Shown here one piece after another: positions 19,366 through 29,264 of a DNA stretch of 56,593 nucleotides. The stretch lies in assembly GCA_003022925.1 (NCBI GenBank), contig PXRY01000100.1, positions 28,111 to 84,703 on the forward strand, read 5' to 3'. Both the position numbers and the translations under genes were made by a program. This DNA is from Halobacteriales archaeon QS_8_65_32. Its GTDB lineage: Archaea; Halobacteriota; Halobacteria; Halobacteriales; Halococcaceae. The notes beneath the pieces were generated by a model that was given only the letters and a program-made list of their open reading frames with translations, ran no database searches and had not been told where the DNA came from. The first letter of the stretch is position 1; each line of letters begins with the position of its first letter.

Positions 19366-19905
19366 ATGCAGGACACACCGCCGGTCGTCGTGCTCCGGTT
19401 GGGACACCGGCCCGGTCGCGACGAGCGGATGACGACCCACGTCGGGTTGACCGCACGGGCGCTGGGGGCCGATCGCGTCTGTTTCGAGTCGAAAGCCGCG
19501 GGCGCGGGCGAGACGGTCGTGGAGGTCACCGAGCGGTTCGGCGGCCCGTTCGACGTTCGGGTCCTCGATACACCCCGACGATACCTCCGCGAGTGGGAGG
19601 GGGCGGTTACCCACCTCACGATGTACGGCCTGCCGGTCGAAGACGTCGAAGGGGAAATCAGGGAAGTCCACCGCGAAGAACCCCTGTTAGTGGTGGTCGG
19701 CGCGGAGAAGGTTCCCTTCTCGGTTTACGAGCGCGCCGACTGGAACCTCGGGGTCACCAACCAGCCACATTCGGAAGTCGCGGCGCTCGCGGTCTTCCTC
19801 GACCGACTGCATCAAGGACGGGAATTCGCCCGCGAGTGGGAGGGGGCGACGCGACGCGTGGTACCCGAAGCGGAGGGAAAGACCGTCGAATCGATCGAAG
19901 AGTGA
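19366..19905 (+). CDS. trm56: tRNA (cytidine(56)-2'-O)-methyltransferase
   Basis: VLRLGHRPGRDERMTTHVGLTARALGA, HLTMYG, VGAEKVP, NQPHSEVAALAVFLDR. Confidence 0.95.
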   Translation: MQDTPPVVVLRLGHRPGRDERMTTHVGLTARALGADRVCFESKAAGAGETVVEVTERFGGPFDVRVLDTPRRYLREWEGAVTHLTMYGLPVEDVEGEIREVHREEPLLVVVGAEKVPFSVYERADWNLGVTNQPHSEVAALAVFLDRLHQGREFAREWEGATRRVVPEAEGKTVESIEE

Positions 19906-19950
19906 GTAATAGTCGTACCGACCGGGGCCGTCGCCGTATCCCGCTCCGGG

Positions 19951-22005
19951 TCACTCCGAGCGTTCGAGCGCGTCGATCCGGTCCCGGTCCTCGTCGGTGA
20001 GCGAAAAGCCGAAGACGTCGGCGTTCTCGATCACGTGTTCGGCGTCGGTGCTCGACGGGATCGGGACGACGCCGCGTTCGACGTTCCAGCGCAGAACGAC
20101 CCCGGCGGGCGTCACTCCGTGATCGGCGGCGATCTCGGCGAGAACGGGTTCGTCGAGCAGCCCGTCGGCCGACAGCGGCGAATGCGCCATCAGTCGAATC
20201 CCACGCTCCTCGCAGAACTCGACGAGGTCCTCGCGGGGGGTGTAGGGATCGCGCCCCACCTGGATGACCTGCGGAGGGATTTCGGCGACTTCGAGCAACT
20301 CGTCGAGGTCGGCGATCGAGAAGTTACTCACGCCGAGGGTCTCGACCCAGCCGTCCGCGACCAGCGACTCCATTGTCCGCCAGGTTTCCGCGAGCGTGAC
20401 GTCGGCTGCGACGGGATCGCCGTCGGCGTCGGTCGGGAACGTAAGGGCGGTCGCTTCCTCGTGAGATAGGTCGGCGAGGTCGTCGAGCGGTCCCTGGTGC
20501 GCCCAGGCGTCGGGCCAGTGGATCATATAGCAGTCGAGCGTTTCGACGCCGAGTGCCTCGCGAGAACGGTCACAGGCCGCTCGGAGGTCGGCCGGTGCGT
20601 GATTCGTGTTCCAGACCTTGCTCAATAAGAATAACGCGTCGCGATCGGGGCTTCCCGGCCGAGCCAGAATCTCGCCGATCCGAGCTTCGTTGCCGTACAG
20701 TTCGGCGCAGTCGAGCAGGCGGTAACCACAGTCGAGCGCGACTTCGATGGACTCACGCAGGTCGACGTAGGTGTCGCCGCCGCGATACCGCGAGCACCCG
20801 AAACCGATCGGCGGCATCGAAACCGTCCCGTCGTCCTTGCTCCCCGCGTTCGCCCCCGTTTCGGCTCTCGTCGTCGCGGTGGCGGGCGGCGGTAAGGCGG
20901 TCGCGGTCCCCCCGGCGTCGAGCGGCGTCGGACGCTCGACGTCCCTCGATTCGACCGCCACCGGCGCGTCCGACTCGGCACACGCCTCGATCGCCTCGAT
21001 CACCGAGACGAGGTGGGCCGCCCGCGTGCCGTTAGCGTGGTGTGGCCGCCCCACCTCGACGGCCGCCGCCATCTCGGCGATGCCGGAGGCGTACTCCAAC
21101 TTTCTCGGTGGAGCCCCCGGCGGGACGCGTCGGTATTCGCGGCCGAGACGGGCGAACTCGACCTCGCCGCCGGCACCGAACGCCGCGGCGTCGGCGAGGT
21201 GTATCGAACCACTGTCGCCGTGGATCTCCAGATCGTAGAAACTCCGGGTTCGGTGGGGGACGTACATGCTCGCGGTTAGTCGAACCGAAACGCCGTCGGC
21301 GAAGCGCAGCACACAGACGACGTGATCGGGCGTCTCCACCTCGAACGACCGGCCCTCGTGGGTGTGTTCATCGAGCAGGAGGTCGGCGTGGGCCGCTTCG
21401 ACCCGCTCTACCGGACCAAAGTAGCCGACGAGCACGGTGAGCGGGTAGACCGCTCCGTCGTGCAATGGGCCTGCCCGGAGGAACGGTTCGGGATTCGCGT
21501 TCCATTCGGTGAGCCGCCCGATGTTACAGTCGGCGTAGGCCGTCCGGACGGTCCCCAGTCGGCCCTCCTGGAAGTAGCGCCACGCGCGCTGTTGGGCATC
21601 GCCCATGAGGCTGATCGGCGCACAGCCCAGCCGGACGCCCCGCTCATCGGCGCGGTCGACGAGGTCCCACGCTTCCGCCGCGCTCGTCGCGAGCGGTTTC
21701 TCGCTGTAGACGTGTCTTTCCGCGTCGAGACACTGCCGCGTGACCCCCGCGTGGGCCTCGTGGGTCGTGAGATTGCAGACGAGCGACGCGTCGCTCCGGG
21801 CGAGCAGGCTATCGAGGTCGGCGTAGGCTGTCGCGTCCCGAGCGTCCGCGAGCCGGTCGGCGCGGGCGCGATCGAGGTCGGTGACCCCTACCAAGTCGAG
21901 CCCGTCCGCGCGGGAGATTCCCGGCGCGTAGCGATCGGCGATGGTTCCACAACCGACGATTCCGACCTTCACGTCCGAGGGGACACCGAGCGCGGACAAA
22001 AACAT
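19951..22005 (-). CDS. Gfo/Idh/MocA oxidoreductase fused to an aldo/keto reductase
   Basis: VGIVGCGTIA and HVYSEKP in the N-half; GYRLLDCAELYGNE, SKVW, YMIHWP, GVSNF in the C-half; start may be GTG at 21972. Confidence 0.85.
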   Translation of the reverse strand: MFLSALGVPSDVKVGIVGCGTIADRYAPGISRADGLDLVGVTDLDRARADRLADARDATAYADLDSLLARSDASLVCNLTTHEAHAGVTRQCLDAERHVYSEKPLATSAAEAWDLVDRADERGVRLGCAPISLMGDAQQRAWRYFQEGRLGTVRTAYADCNIGRLTEWNANPEPFLRAGPLHDGAVYPLTVLVGYFGPVERVEAAHADLLLDEHTHEGRSFEVETPDHVVCVLRFADGVSVRLTASMYVPHRTRSFYDLEIHGDSGSIHLADAAAFGAGGEVEFARLGREYRRVPPGAPPRKLEYASGIAEMAAAVEVGRPHHANGTRAAHLVSVIEAIEACAESDAPVAVESRDVERPTPLDAGGTATALPPPATATTRAETGANAGSKDDGTVSMPPIGFGCSRYRGGDTYVDLRESIEVALDCGYRLLDCAELYGNEARIGEILARPGSPDRDALFLLSKVWNTNHAPADLRAACDRSREALGVETLDCYMIHWPDAWAHQGPLDDLADLSHEEATALTFPTDADGDPVAADVTLAETWRTMESLVADGWVETLGVSNFSIADLDELLEVAEIPPQVIQVGRDPYTPREDLVEFCEERGIRLMAHSPLSADGLLDEPVLAEIAADHGVTPAGVVLRWNVERGVVPIPSSTDAEHVIENADVFGFSLTDEDRDRIDALERSE

Positions 22006-22068
22006 CGGGGACCCGGAAACGGCAGTATTGATCTAGCGACAATGAGGAAAGAGCGGTACAGAGCGGTC

Positions 22069-22388
22069 GAAAGCCTCCGACACGCTCGACTTACGGAAGA
22101 CGGTCCTGCTCGCTCCCTGCGGTCGCTGTGCGGGCTGCGACTTCCGAACTCTCACTCGCTCACGCTGTTCGCTTGCGAGAATCGGGGGGCTCGCTGTCGT
22201 TCAAAAGACGCTTCGCATCTTTCATGAGTATTTACTCATGAAAACGGAGTTCTCGTGATGTTGTCAGAACACGAAGCGTTCTGACTGCGAGCGGGATCGA
22301 AGGTCCCGCACCGAACGAAAGACGTCGAAGGCGTCTTTCGAACCACGGCTACGCCGCCACGCAGTCGGCCCCTTTCAGTCCCGCCCCG
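22069..22388 (+). repeat. Modular hairpin element, family E, copy E3
   Basis: GAAAGCCTCCGA...CCCCTTTCAGTCCCGCCCCG with an internal hairpin string related to E1 and E8. Confidence 0.8.
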
Positions 22389-22714
22389 TAGCGGTTGTTC
22401 GGCGGGCAATCGCGTAAGTCGACACCGCCGGCGGCGTTGACGTCTTCCGGCGAGTGAACTCGTGGGCTTCCGCTTGATTCGTGTCGCGACGGACGGCGAG
22501 CAGTGACCGCGGGCAATAACGGCAGAGCCGAACCGATCGGACACCAGCGGGCGTCCCGACGGCGTCCGTAACCCACCGCGCAGGTCGCATGGACGGAGCG
22601 GCGAAAGTGAAAGGTTCGACGGACGGAACCGGTCGGCAACCCGGGCGGAAACCGGGCGATGGATCACCCGTTACGAGCGTTTTATTCCGCCCCAGCCCCT
22701 CTTACCGGACGTCC

Positions 22715-22948
22715 ATGATAGAACAGCTCAAGGGAGCGGATCGCCAGACCCGAGTCCAGTACGGGCTGATGGTGATCTTCGGGATACTTACTCTCATCGC
22801 CGGGCTCGCCCCGCTCGAACCCCTCGTCCGCGTCGCAGCGGTCGGCACGACGTTTGGCTTCACTGCCGGGCTCTGGGTCTCCCATCTCATCGGGGTGCTC
22901 CAGCGTGCCGCCGAGAACAACCTCGACGTCGCCGCCGCCTCCGACTGA
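22715..22948 (+). CDS. Small membrane protein (2 TM)
   Basis: MIEQLKG...YGLMVIFGILTLIAGL...; stop overlaps the next start (TGATG). Confidence 0.7.
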   Translation: MIEQLKGADRQTRVQYGLMVIFGILTLIAGLAPLEPLVRVAAVGTTFGFTAGLWVSHLIGVLQRAAENNLDVAAASD

Positions 22949-23877
22949 TGAGTACGAACGACTCAACGCCCGAGGAGGGATCGTCGAACGGGGTATTCGA
23001 GGTCGTCGCCCCGCTTACCGGCGAGAACCCGAACCTGGCGTCGTTCTTCCTCGTCGTCGGGGCCGTTACCTGCGTGTTCATCGCGGTCTTCCAGCTCACG
23101 CTCCCGGAGGGAGTTCGCTTGCTCCTCACCGGCGGCGTGCTTCTGGTCACCGTGCTGAGCGCCATCGTGGCCTCGCTGTTGGAGACGCTCGGGTACTTCG
23201 ACGAAGAGACGTCGAAGGCGTCCGCGGACGAGGCCGAGACAGGGACCGGGACCGAGGGAGACACCGCGCCGTGGACGCCGACGTCCGGTACCAGGTACCC
23301 GCTGCCGCCGATGATCAACTTCGACGACGAACTCCGGACCTACCGCGAGATGTTCGACGGGGAACTCCCCGCGGAGTTCGACGAGTTCGTCGCCGAGTAC
23401 AAGCGACTGAAGACGACCAGGGACAATCGTACCAACGTCGCGAGCGATCTCCGAGCCGACTTGAACCCCGTGAGTGTGCTCTTCGAGGAGAGGTCGCGGG
23501 GGATGGAAATCCACGACGACATCAGCGAGCGACTGCTCCGATACGTCAACAATGACGCCATCGATTACGTCTCGCTGACCGACGTGGGCCTGTACGACGA
23601 CAACGGCGACGAAATCGACATGGCGTCGGCGGAGAGTGAACTCGCACACCTCAGAGCCGACATCGAAAACGAGGGCGAGACGGTAGCCGTCGAGCTGTTC
23701 GTCGAGTTCGTCGACGACGATGGCGACGGTATCCGGCGCGATACCTACCCGGTCGGGGAGATCAATCCGGCCGCGACCGAGACCTTCGATTCCGAGGTCT
23801 ACGTTCCCGCGGCCGCAGAACGTGCGACCACTAGCCTCAGCGTCACGAACCGCGCGGCTCAGGCTGCTAGCAGGTGA
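22948..23877 (+). CDS. Membrane protein with a C-terminal beta-rich (FxLYD/Ig-like) domain
   Basis: Two TM helices, acidic helical middle, C-terminal IENEG...VEFVDDDG...GEINP..TETF. Confidence 0.7.
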   Translation: MSTNDSTPEEGSSNGVFEVVAPLTGENPNLASFFLVVGAVTCVFIAVFQLTLPEGVRLLLTGGVLLVTVLSAIVASLLETLGYFDEETSKASADEAETGTGTEGDTAPWTPTSGTRYPLPPMINFDDELRTYREMFDGELPAEFDEFVAEYKRLKTTRDNRTNVASDLRADLNPVSVLFEERSRGMEIHDDISERLLRYVNNDAIDYVSLTDVGLYDDNGDEIDMASAESELAHLRADIENEGETVAVELFVEFVDDDGDGIRRDTYPVGEINPAATETFDSEVYVPAAAERATTSLSVTNRAAQAASR

Positions 23878-24205
23878 GCGCCCTGCCCCGCGGCGTCGCT
23901 ATTGCGGTAGTCCATTGGTCTGTTCGTCCGAGCGTGCCGGTAACGGATACGAGTTGCCTGCGCCGAAAACCGGCGTCCGGTCGTGCTGCTTTTCGGGGAG
24001 AGAACTTCCGATACGAGCACCGAGGCCGGAGCTAGATAACTATTGGGACGAGCGGTCGAATAGGTCGAACGAGACAGTCACAGTGGATAAGAAGGGAGAG
24101 CGGTGCTGATGAGGTTTTATGACAGCACCGTGGCAGCGAATCGACGGCGCGAGTGTGAAAACGACGACATCCGGTGGCGTCCCTGTCGATCGACTCGGGC
24201 CGCAA

Positions 24206-24940
24206 CTACACTCGTATCCACGGCCGATCGACGACCGCCAGGTCGCCGTCCGGCGTGACGTACACCGAGAGGGCATTGCTGTCCCATGCGGACCGCTCGC
24301 TCACCGCCCAGCGGCGGGTTACAGTTGACCCGTCGTCCAGTCGAACTGTGATTCGATAGGTGCCGGTCCGAAGCGGGACGTCCCCCCGTTCTACACCCTG
24401 CTGTGCATCGATACTGTCGGTCGAACGCAGCACTCGCTCGGGTGGAGTCGACCCGAGATAGGTAAGGGTCGTCGTGAGCGCGTGGTCGTTACCGTCGAAG
24501 TTCGAATAGTAGAGCGTGGTCTCGGCCGTTCCCCGCTTTTCGGTCGTCTCCGATGATCGTTCCGGTGCGTCTCGTGGCGTCATACGGATCGTCGTCGTAT
24601 CGTTGACGAAGTACAGTCGACCGTGACCGGGACCGCCGTTGCCGACGCCACCGCTCGCGCCGTAGACCGTCGTTCCACAACCGGCCGCGATATAAAAGCC
24701 GGCGGCGGTCTCGTTGATAAGGGTCGAGTTACAACCCAGTTCGACGCGATTCCCGATCTCCTTTCGATCCCTGTACTCGGCCGCTCGTTCGTACCCCGTC
24801 GTGTACGCGAGAGCGTTGTCTCGACTGAGGGGTGCCGGTCGATCGGGATACGCCGGCGCGTCGCTCGAACCGACGGGCGGCACGCCACCGAGACAGCCGG
24901 CGAGGAAAACGACGAGAACGCAGAGAACCTCGCGTTTCAT
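24206..24940 (-). CDS. Hypothetical lipoprotein
   Basis: MKREVLCVLVVFLAGC lipobox. Confidence 0.75.
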   Translation of the reverse strand: MKREVLCVLVVFLAGCLGGVPPVGSSDAPAYPDRPAPLSRDNALAYTTGYERAAEYRDRKEIGNRVELGCNSTLINETAAGFYIAAGCGTTVYGASGGVGNGGPGHGRLYFVNDTTTIRMTPRDAPERSSETTEKRGTAETTLYYSNFDGNDHALTTTLTYLGSTPPERVLRSTDSIDAQQGVERGDVPLRTGTYRITVRLDDGSTVTRRWAVSERSAWDSNALSVYVTPDGDLAVVDRPWIRV

Positions 24941-25182
24941 GTCGGACAGCCTGTTCGTTGTGATAAATGCCTTGTGCAGATCAGAGGGGCGGTGTGTGGT
25001 CGAGGAATAAATGCCGATGGAAACCGTCTCGGGCGGGACTGAAACGGACCGACCGCGTGGCGGCTCTGCCGTGGCTCGAAAGAGCCCTGAAAGTATCACT
25101 GCCGACGACCATCACCCCAATGGGAAGGGAGGGGGGCTTCCGCACGCGAACGTGGGAATTGAAATATCGATATCGTGAGCAG

Positions 25183-26388
25183 TCACTCGCGGCCGACCAC
25201 GTTCGATTCGATGTCCCGCGGGAAGTAGGTGAGCGTCTCGGTACCCTCCTCGGTCACGGCCACGGTATCGGAGTGACGGTAGCCCTCGTCGTCGGTGTAC
25301 AGTCCCGGTTCGATCGTGTAGACCTGGCCCGGGGCGATCTCGGCGTCGCCGTCTTCCCGGTCATTCGCGTCGTCGTGCACGTGTGCCTCCCAGCCCCGAT
25401 CGAGATAGGGCGGTTCGTGCGCGCCGAGGCCGATGTTGTGCCCGACGTGGTGGCGAAGCAGGTCGGTGATTCCCTGTTCTTCGGCGTAGGCGAAAACGGC
25501 CTCATCGATCTCGTGGACGGGAACGCCGGGCGCGATCGCGTCGATCGCGATCTCCTGGACCTCTTTCATTAGCGCGAAGTAATGGGCCTGTTCGTCGGAG
25601 TACTCGCGGACGAACATCGTCCGTTCGAGTTCGGAATAGTAGCCGTCGACGTTCGCCGTCGCGCCGGTAATCAGGACGTCGCCCGGAGCGAGGCGCTCGT
25701 TCGGGGTGTGACCGTGGGGCAGGGCGGTTTCCGTTCCCGAGATGTAGCCCGCGTGGACCGGACCGCCGCCCCGCGTCCTGACGGCGTACTGTTCACTTAG
25801 AGTGTCGAGCATCGCCTGGGAGGCGTCGGTCGAAGCGCGCCCGCTCACCGTCACCGGGTGGGCACCGACCTCGGTGTATTCGGCGAGATAGCGATGGCCG
25901 AGGTTCGCCCACCGGGCGGACTCACGGATCAGGTCGATCTCGGTATCTGATTTCTCCCAGCGCATCCGCGAGACCCACTGCTGGGAGGAAACGTCGAGGA
26001 ACTCCGAGAGGGTCGGGCCTTCGTAGCCCATTACGCCCGGCGCGCCATCCCCATCGGCGGCGACGGTCTCGATACCGAGGTCGGCGAGCGTCTCGGCAAG
26101 TTCTCGAATCGGGGTCCCGCCGGGGTAATCGAAGTACGAGTACACCGCATCGATGCGCGAGTTCTGTGAGACGCGTTCGACTTCGAGACGGGGAACCGTG
26201 ATCGAAACCTGGTCGGGCGTGACGACGAGACAGACCGGCCGTTCGGTCTGGATATGGTGAAAGCCGGTGAGGTACTCGATAGCTGTTGCGCCAAAGAAGA
26301 CCCCAGCATCGGCGTCAGTGTCGGCGAGGCGGTCGCGGACGCGAGCGAGGCGGTCCGTGAATTCGGCGTCGGGAACCCGCGTCGTCAT
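25183..26388 (-). CDS. Xaa-Pro peptidase family (M24)
   Basis: LPHG, GYYSELERT, HHVGHNIGL..HEPP, TIEPG.Y...GYRHSDTV. Confidence 0.93.
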   Translation of the reverse strand: MTTRVPDAEFTDRLARVRDRLADTDADAGVFFGATAIEYLTGFHHIQTERPVCLVVTPDQVSITVPRLEVERVSQNSRIDAVYSYFDYPGGTPIRELAETLADLGIETVAADGDGAPGVMGYEGPTLSEFLDVSSQQWVSRMRWEKSDTEIDLIRESARWANLGHRYLAEYTEVGAHPVTVSGRASTDASQAMLDTLSEQYAVRTRGGGPVHAGYISGTETALPHGHTPNERLAPGDVLITGATANVDGYYSELERTMFVREYSDEQAHYFALMKEVQEIAIDAIAPGVPVHEIDEAVFAYAEEQGITDLLRHHVGHNIGLGAHEPPYLDRGWEAHVHDDANDREDGDAEIAPGQVYTIEPGLYTDDEGYRHSDTVAVTEEGTETLTYFPRDIESNVVGRE

Positions 26389-26505
26389 ACGTGCTTCGTG
26401 CGATCGGGAGGGACGAAAACCCTCGGATGCTCCTATCGACGCGGGGTGAGCGAAAGCCCGTTGTCCGACGCGCCCGAAAGAGGTCGAACGAACGGGAGAC
26501 CGATC

Positions 26506-26865
26506 GTGACCGGAAACGACGCCGACCGACACACGAGTCCGAGCACCGACCGGAGCGAACACGAAAGCGATCAAAACTGGGATGGGGAGGGAAGCGGCGG
26601 GAGTTCCGACGCCGACGCCGATCACGACGGCGACCGCGAGACCGACCTCGAAGCGCGGGTCGCGGCGCTCGAAGGAACGGTCGCGGACCTCGAAGCGGAA
26701 CTCGATCGGCGGGAGCGGGCGTTTCGCCTGTTGGCCGGGAACGCCGATATCGCGCCGGTAACTGCGCGGTGTCCCGAGTGTGAAACGGGCGAACTACGCC
26801 GACAATCGGGGCTGAGCTGGGCGAAACTGTACTGTACGGAGTGCGGGGCTAAGTGGGAGCTGTGA
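26506..26865 (+). CDS. Coiled-coil plus CPxCG-type zinc-ribbon small protein
   Basis: LEARVAALEGTVADLEAEL, then CPEC...CTECG; GTG start inferred. Confidence 0.65.
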   Translation: MTGNDADRHTSPSTDRSEHESDQNWDGEGSGGSSDADADHDGDRETDLEARVAALEGTVADLEAELDRRERAFRLLAGNADIAPVTARCPECETGELRRQSGLSWAKLYCTECGAKWEL

Positions 26866-27051
26866 GCGTTCCCGAACGGAACCGGAGGGAGCCAGCGAGC
26901 GGCGGCAAAGAAGCATCGCTCGTTCGTCGGCGGTGGACCTAATACCGCCGACGAACGCGCCACATCGAGTGTGTAACGATTCATACCGGTCCGCCCTCTG
27001 ATCGCACTACCGCGGAACCCTCAATAGAGGACGCTTCCGTAAGGAAACACT

Positions 27052-27880
27052 GTGAATCACGACCAATGGACGGCAGAACAGGACCGAACCATCGTTAGCG
27101 TCGATGGCCACCGATTGAACCTCGCGTACCGGGATAGCGGAGCCGGCGACCCAGTCGTTTTCCTTCATGGAATCCCGACCTGGTCGTTCCGCTGGCGACG
27201 GATCGCTCCCTGACTGGAAGACCGGTTTCGAACGATCGTCCCCGATCTGGTCGGGTACGGCAACAGCGACCGACGGGACTCGTTCGATCGGTCGATCCGC
27301 GCACAAGAACAGGTCCTCGCCGGACTCGTCGACGACCTCGGGCTCGAACGGTTCCACGTCGCCTACGACATCGGCGGCGTTGCGCTCCGATACGGTGCAC
27401 ACACCGATGGCCGGATCGACCGGCTGGTGCTTTCGAACGCGACGTGTTATGGCTCGTGGCCGGTCGAGTACGTCACAACGCTCGGGCTCCCGCGGACGCT
27501 CGACATGGACCCGGGAGCGTTCGAAGACGCTCTGGACGAGGCGTTCGTCGGCGGACTCGCGAGCGACGATCCGGACCCGACGTGGGAATCGGGGATCGAG
27601 GCCCCGTGGCTGCGCGACGACGGCCAACGGGCCTATGCGCGCGCGGCGGTCGCGACGAACACGAATCACACGACCGAGATCGAGCACGACGAGATCGACG
27701 CCTCGCTGCTATGTCTCCGGGGAGCGGACGACGCCGGACAACCGGTCGAGGACGGCGAGCGACTCGTCGAGGACATCGGCGGAGAACTCGTCGCGCTCGA
27801 CGACGCCCGTCACTGGGTTGATGGAGGACCGACCCGACGCCTACCTCGAACGGATCGAGCGCTTTCTCGCGGCCGAGTGA
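27052..27880 (+). pseudogene. Alpha/beta hydrolase, disrupted
   Basis: PVVFLHGIPTWS, in-frame TGA at 27211-27213, PDLVGYGNSD, degraded nucleophile elbow AYDIGG, frameshift near 27815 before MEDRPDAY. Confidence 0.8.
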
Positions 27881-27927
27881 CTACTCTGATCGACGGATAC
27901 GGCCGGATCGACACGATCGAAAGAGGA

Positions 27928-28001
27928 TCCGCACTCCCCGATTTGAACGGGGGACAAGCCGATCTACAGTCGGCTGCTCTGCCAGGCTGAGCTAAGCGCG
28001 G
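27928..28001 (-). tRNA. tRNA-Tyr (GTA)
   Basis: CCGCGCTTAGCTCAGCCTGGCAGAGCAGCCGACTGTAGATCGGCTTGTCCCCCGTTCAAATCGGGGAGTGCGGA folds as a cloverleaf. Confidence 0.97.
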
Positions 28002-28280
28002 GCACCCACAGGTAGACCGGTCGTCGGACTTAACCGTTTCCTTCGCTATGAGGGAAGCCGAACGCCCACCTCGAAGTCCGCGCGGGGAAAGACTCGTTCG
28101 GCGACGGGATGCGTCGGACGACGAGCGTCCGACCCGAACGATCGCCCGTCGTCCTCGGGGCCGTCCGGCAGCGAGCGGCGGGGAAAAACCGGAGCGGGGA
28201 CACGCGGGTGGAGGGCCGTCAGACGCCCGTCAGCCAGCGCGGAAGATACAAGCCCGTGGGAGACGACCCATGGGACAGCG

Positions 28281-28829
28281 GTGAGCAAGATCACCTTCCG
28301 GGCCGACGACGACCTCATCCGCCAACTCGACGAGTTCGACGACTCGAAGAGCGAGGTCCTGCGCGACGCGCTCCGGGAGTACCTCGAAGCCGATGTCACC
28401 GAACGGCCGCAAACCGGCCGTAAACGTGCCGCAGAAGACGAGACGAGCCTCGATGACCTGGTTGCCGACCGGATCGACGCGCTCGTGAGCGAGCGCCTGT
28501 CGGCGGCGTTTACGCCCACACAGGCTCCCGACATCAATGTAAACATCACGCTCGAAGGCGGAGACACCGACTCGGTGGACGTGTCCGACGAGGAGGCCCC
28601 CGAGCGTAAGACGGCCCCCGAAGAGCCGGGACGCGCGTCGGACGCGGCTCGTAAGACGTGTGGGCAGTGTGGCGAAAACGTGGCCGCAGAGCACGTCTAC
28701 TGCCCGAACTGCGGCGAGAACACGAGTAAAACGTTCTGTGAATGCGGCGAAGAATTAGGGTCGGACTGGGCGTTTTGTCCCGCATGTGGGAGCCGAACGC
28801 CGGCCGCCGACGTACTCGATAACTCGTAA
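28281..28829 (+). CDS. cdrL: Ribbon-helix-helix plus double zinc ribbon cell-division regulator
   Basis: KITFRADDDL..SKSEVLRDALREYL, four CxxC/CxC pairs, located upstream of cdrS-ftsZ2. Confidence 0.85.
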   Translation: MSKITFRADDDLIRQLDEFDDSKSEVLRDALREYLEADVTERPQTGRKRAAEDETSLDDLVADRIDALVSERLSAAFTPTQAPDINVNITLEGGDTDSVDVSDEEAPERKTAPEEPGRASDAARKTCGQCGENVAAEHVYCPNCGENTSKTFCECGEELGSDWAFCPACGSRTPAADVLDNS

Positions 28830-28878
28830 AGGGCCGACATCGGGCGTTTACAGGGTGCAAACCGGTCATTTGCATCCC

Positions 28879-29036
28879 GTCTTACGCGGTCCGGAATCTT
28901 TATTACGGTGCAGTCAGAGCATACGTTTGCGTAAGACGGTCGTCTTACACGAGGTCGATCCGGTTCGGATCGGTCCGCCGTATGGCGGGTTTGCTCGTGT
29001 AAGACGCGCGAGCACACGAGTGCGTCGCCGTCTTAC
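28879..29036. promoter_or_regulatory. Cluster of GTAAGAC/GTCTTAC boxes upstream of cdrS
   Basis: Boxes at 28879, 28931, 28942, 28999 and 29030; TATA-like TTTATTA near 28899. Confidence 0.65.
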
Positions 29037-29056
29037 CGGAACGGGGATAGCCAATC

Positions 29057-29263
29057 ATGGAGCGTGTGACACTACGCATACCGAAGCAGCAGATCGAGAG
29101 CGTCGAGCGAATGGTCGAGACCGGGGAGTACCCCAACCGGAGCGAGGCGATCCGGTGTGCGGTTCGGGAGATGCTCGCCGAGCAGGACGACCGGCCGGAA
29201 CGACCCTCCGAGCGCCGTCAGAGCGAACGCGGACGGACAGACCGGAGTTGGGCGAGGGTCTAA
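29057..29263 (+). CDS. cdrS: Small RHH cell-division regulator
   Basis: [31 protein letters not shown], directly upstream of ftsZ. Confidence 0.92.
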   Translation: MERVTLRIPKQQIESVERMVETGEYPNRSEAIRCAVREMLAEQDDRPERPSERRQSERGRTDRSWARV

Positions 29264-29264
29264 T

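Noticed and set aside
27211..27213. In-frame TGA as selenocysteine or readthrough
   Set aside because: Non-catalytic position, the gene has further lesions, and haloarchaea are not known to use Sec
27928..28001. tRNA-Tyr (or tRNA-Ser at 54261) as an integration site of a provirus or island
   Set aside because: No duplicated tRNA 3' end and no integrase seen in the window
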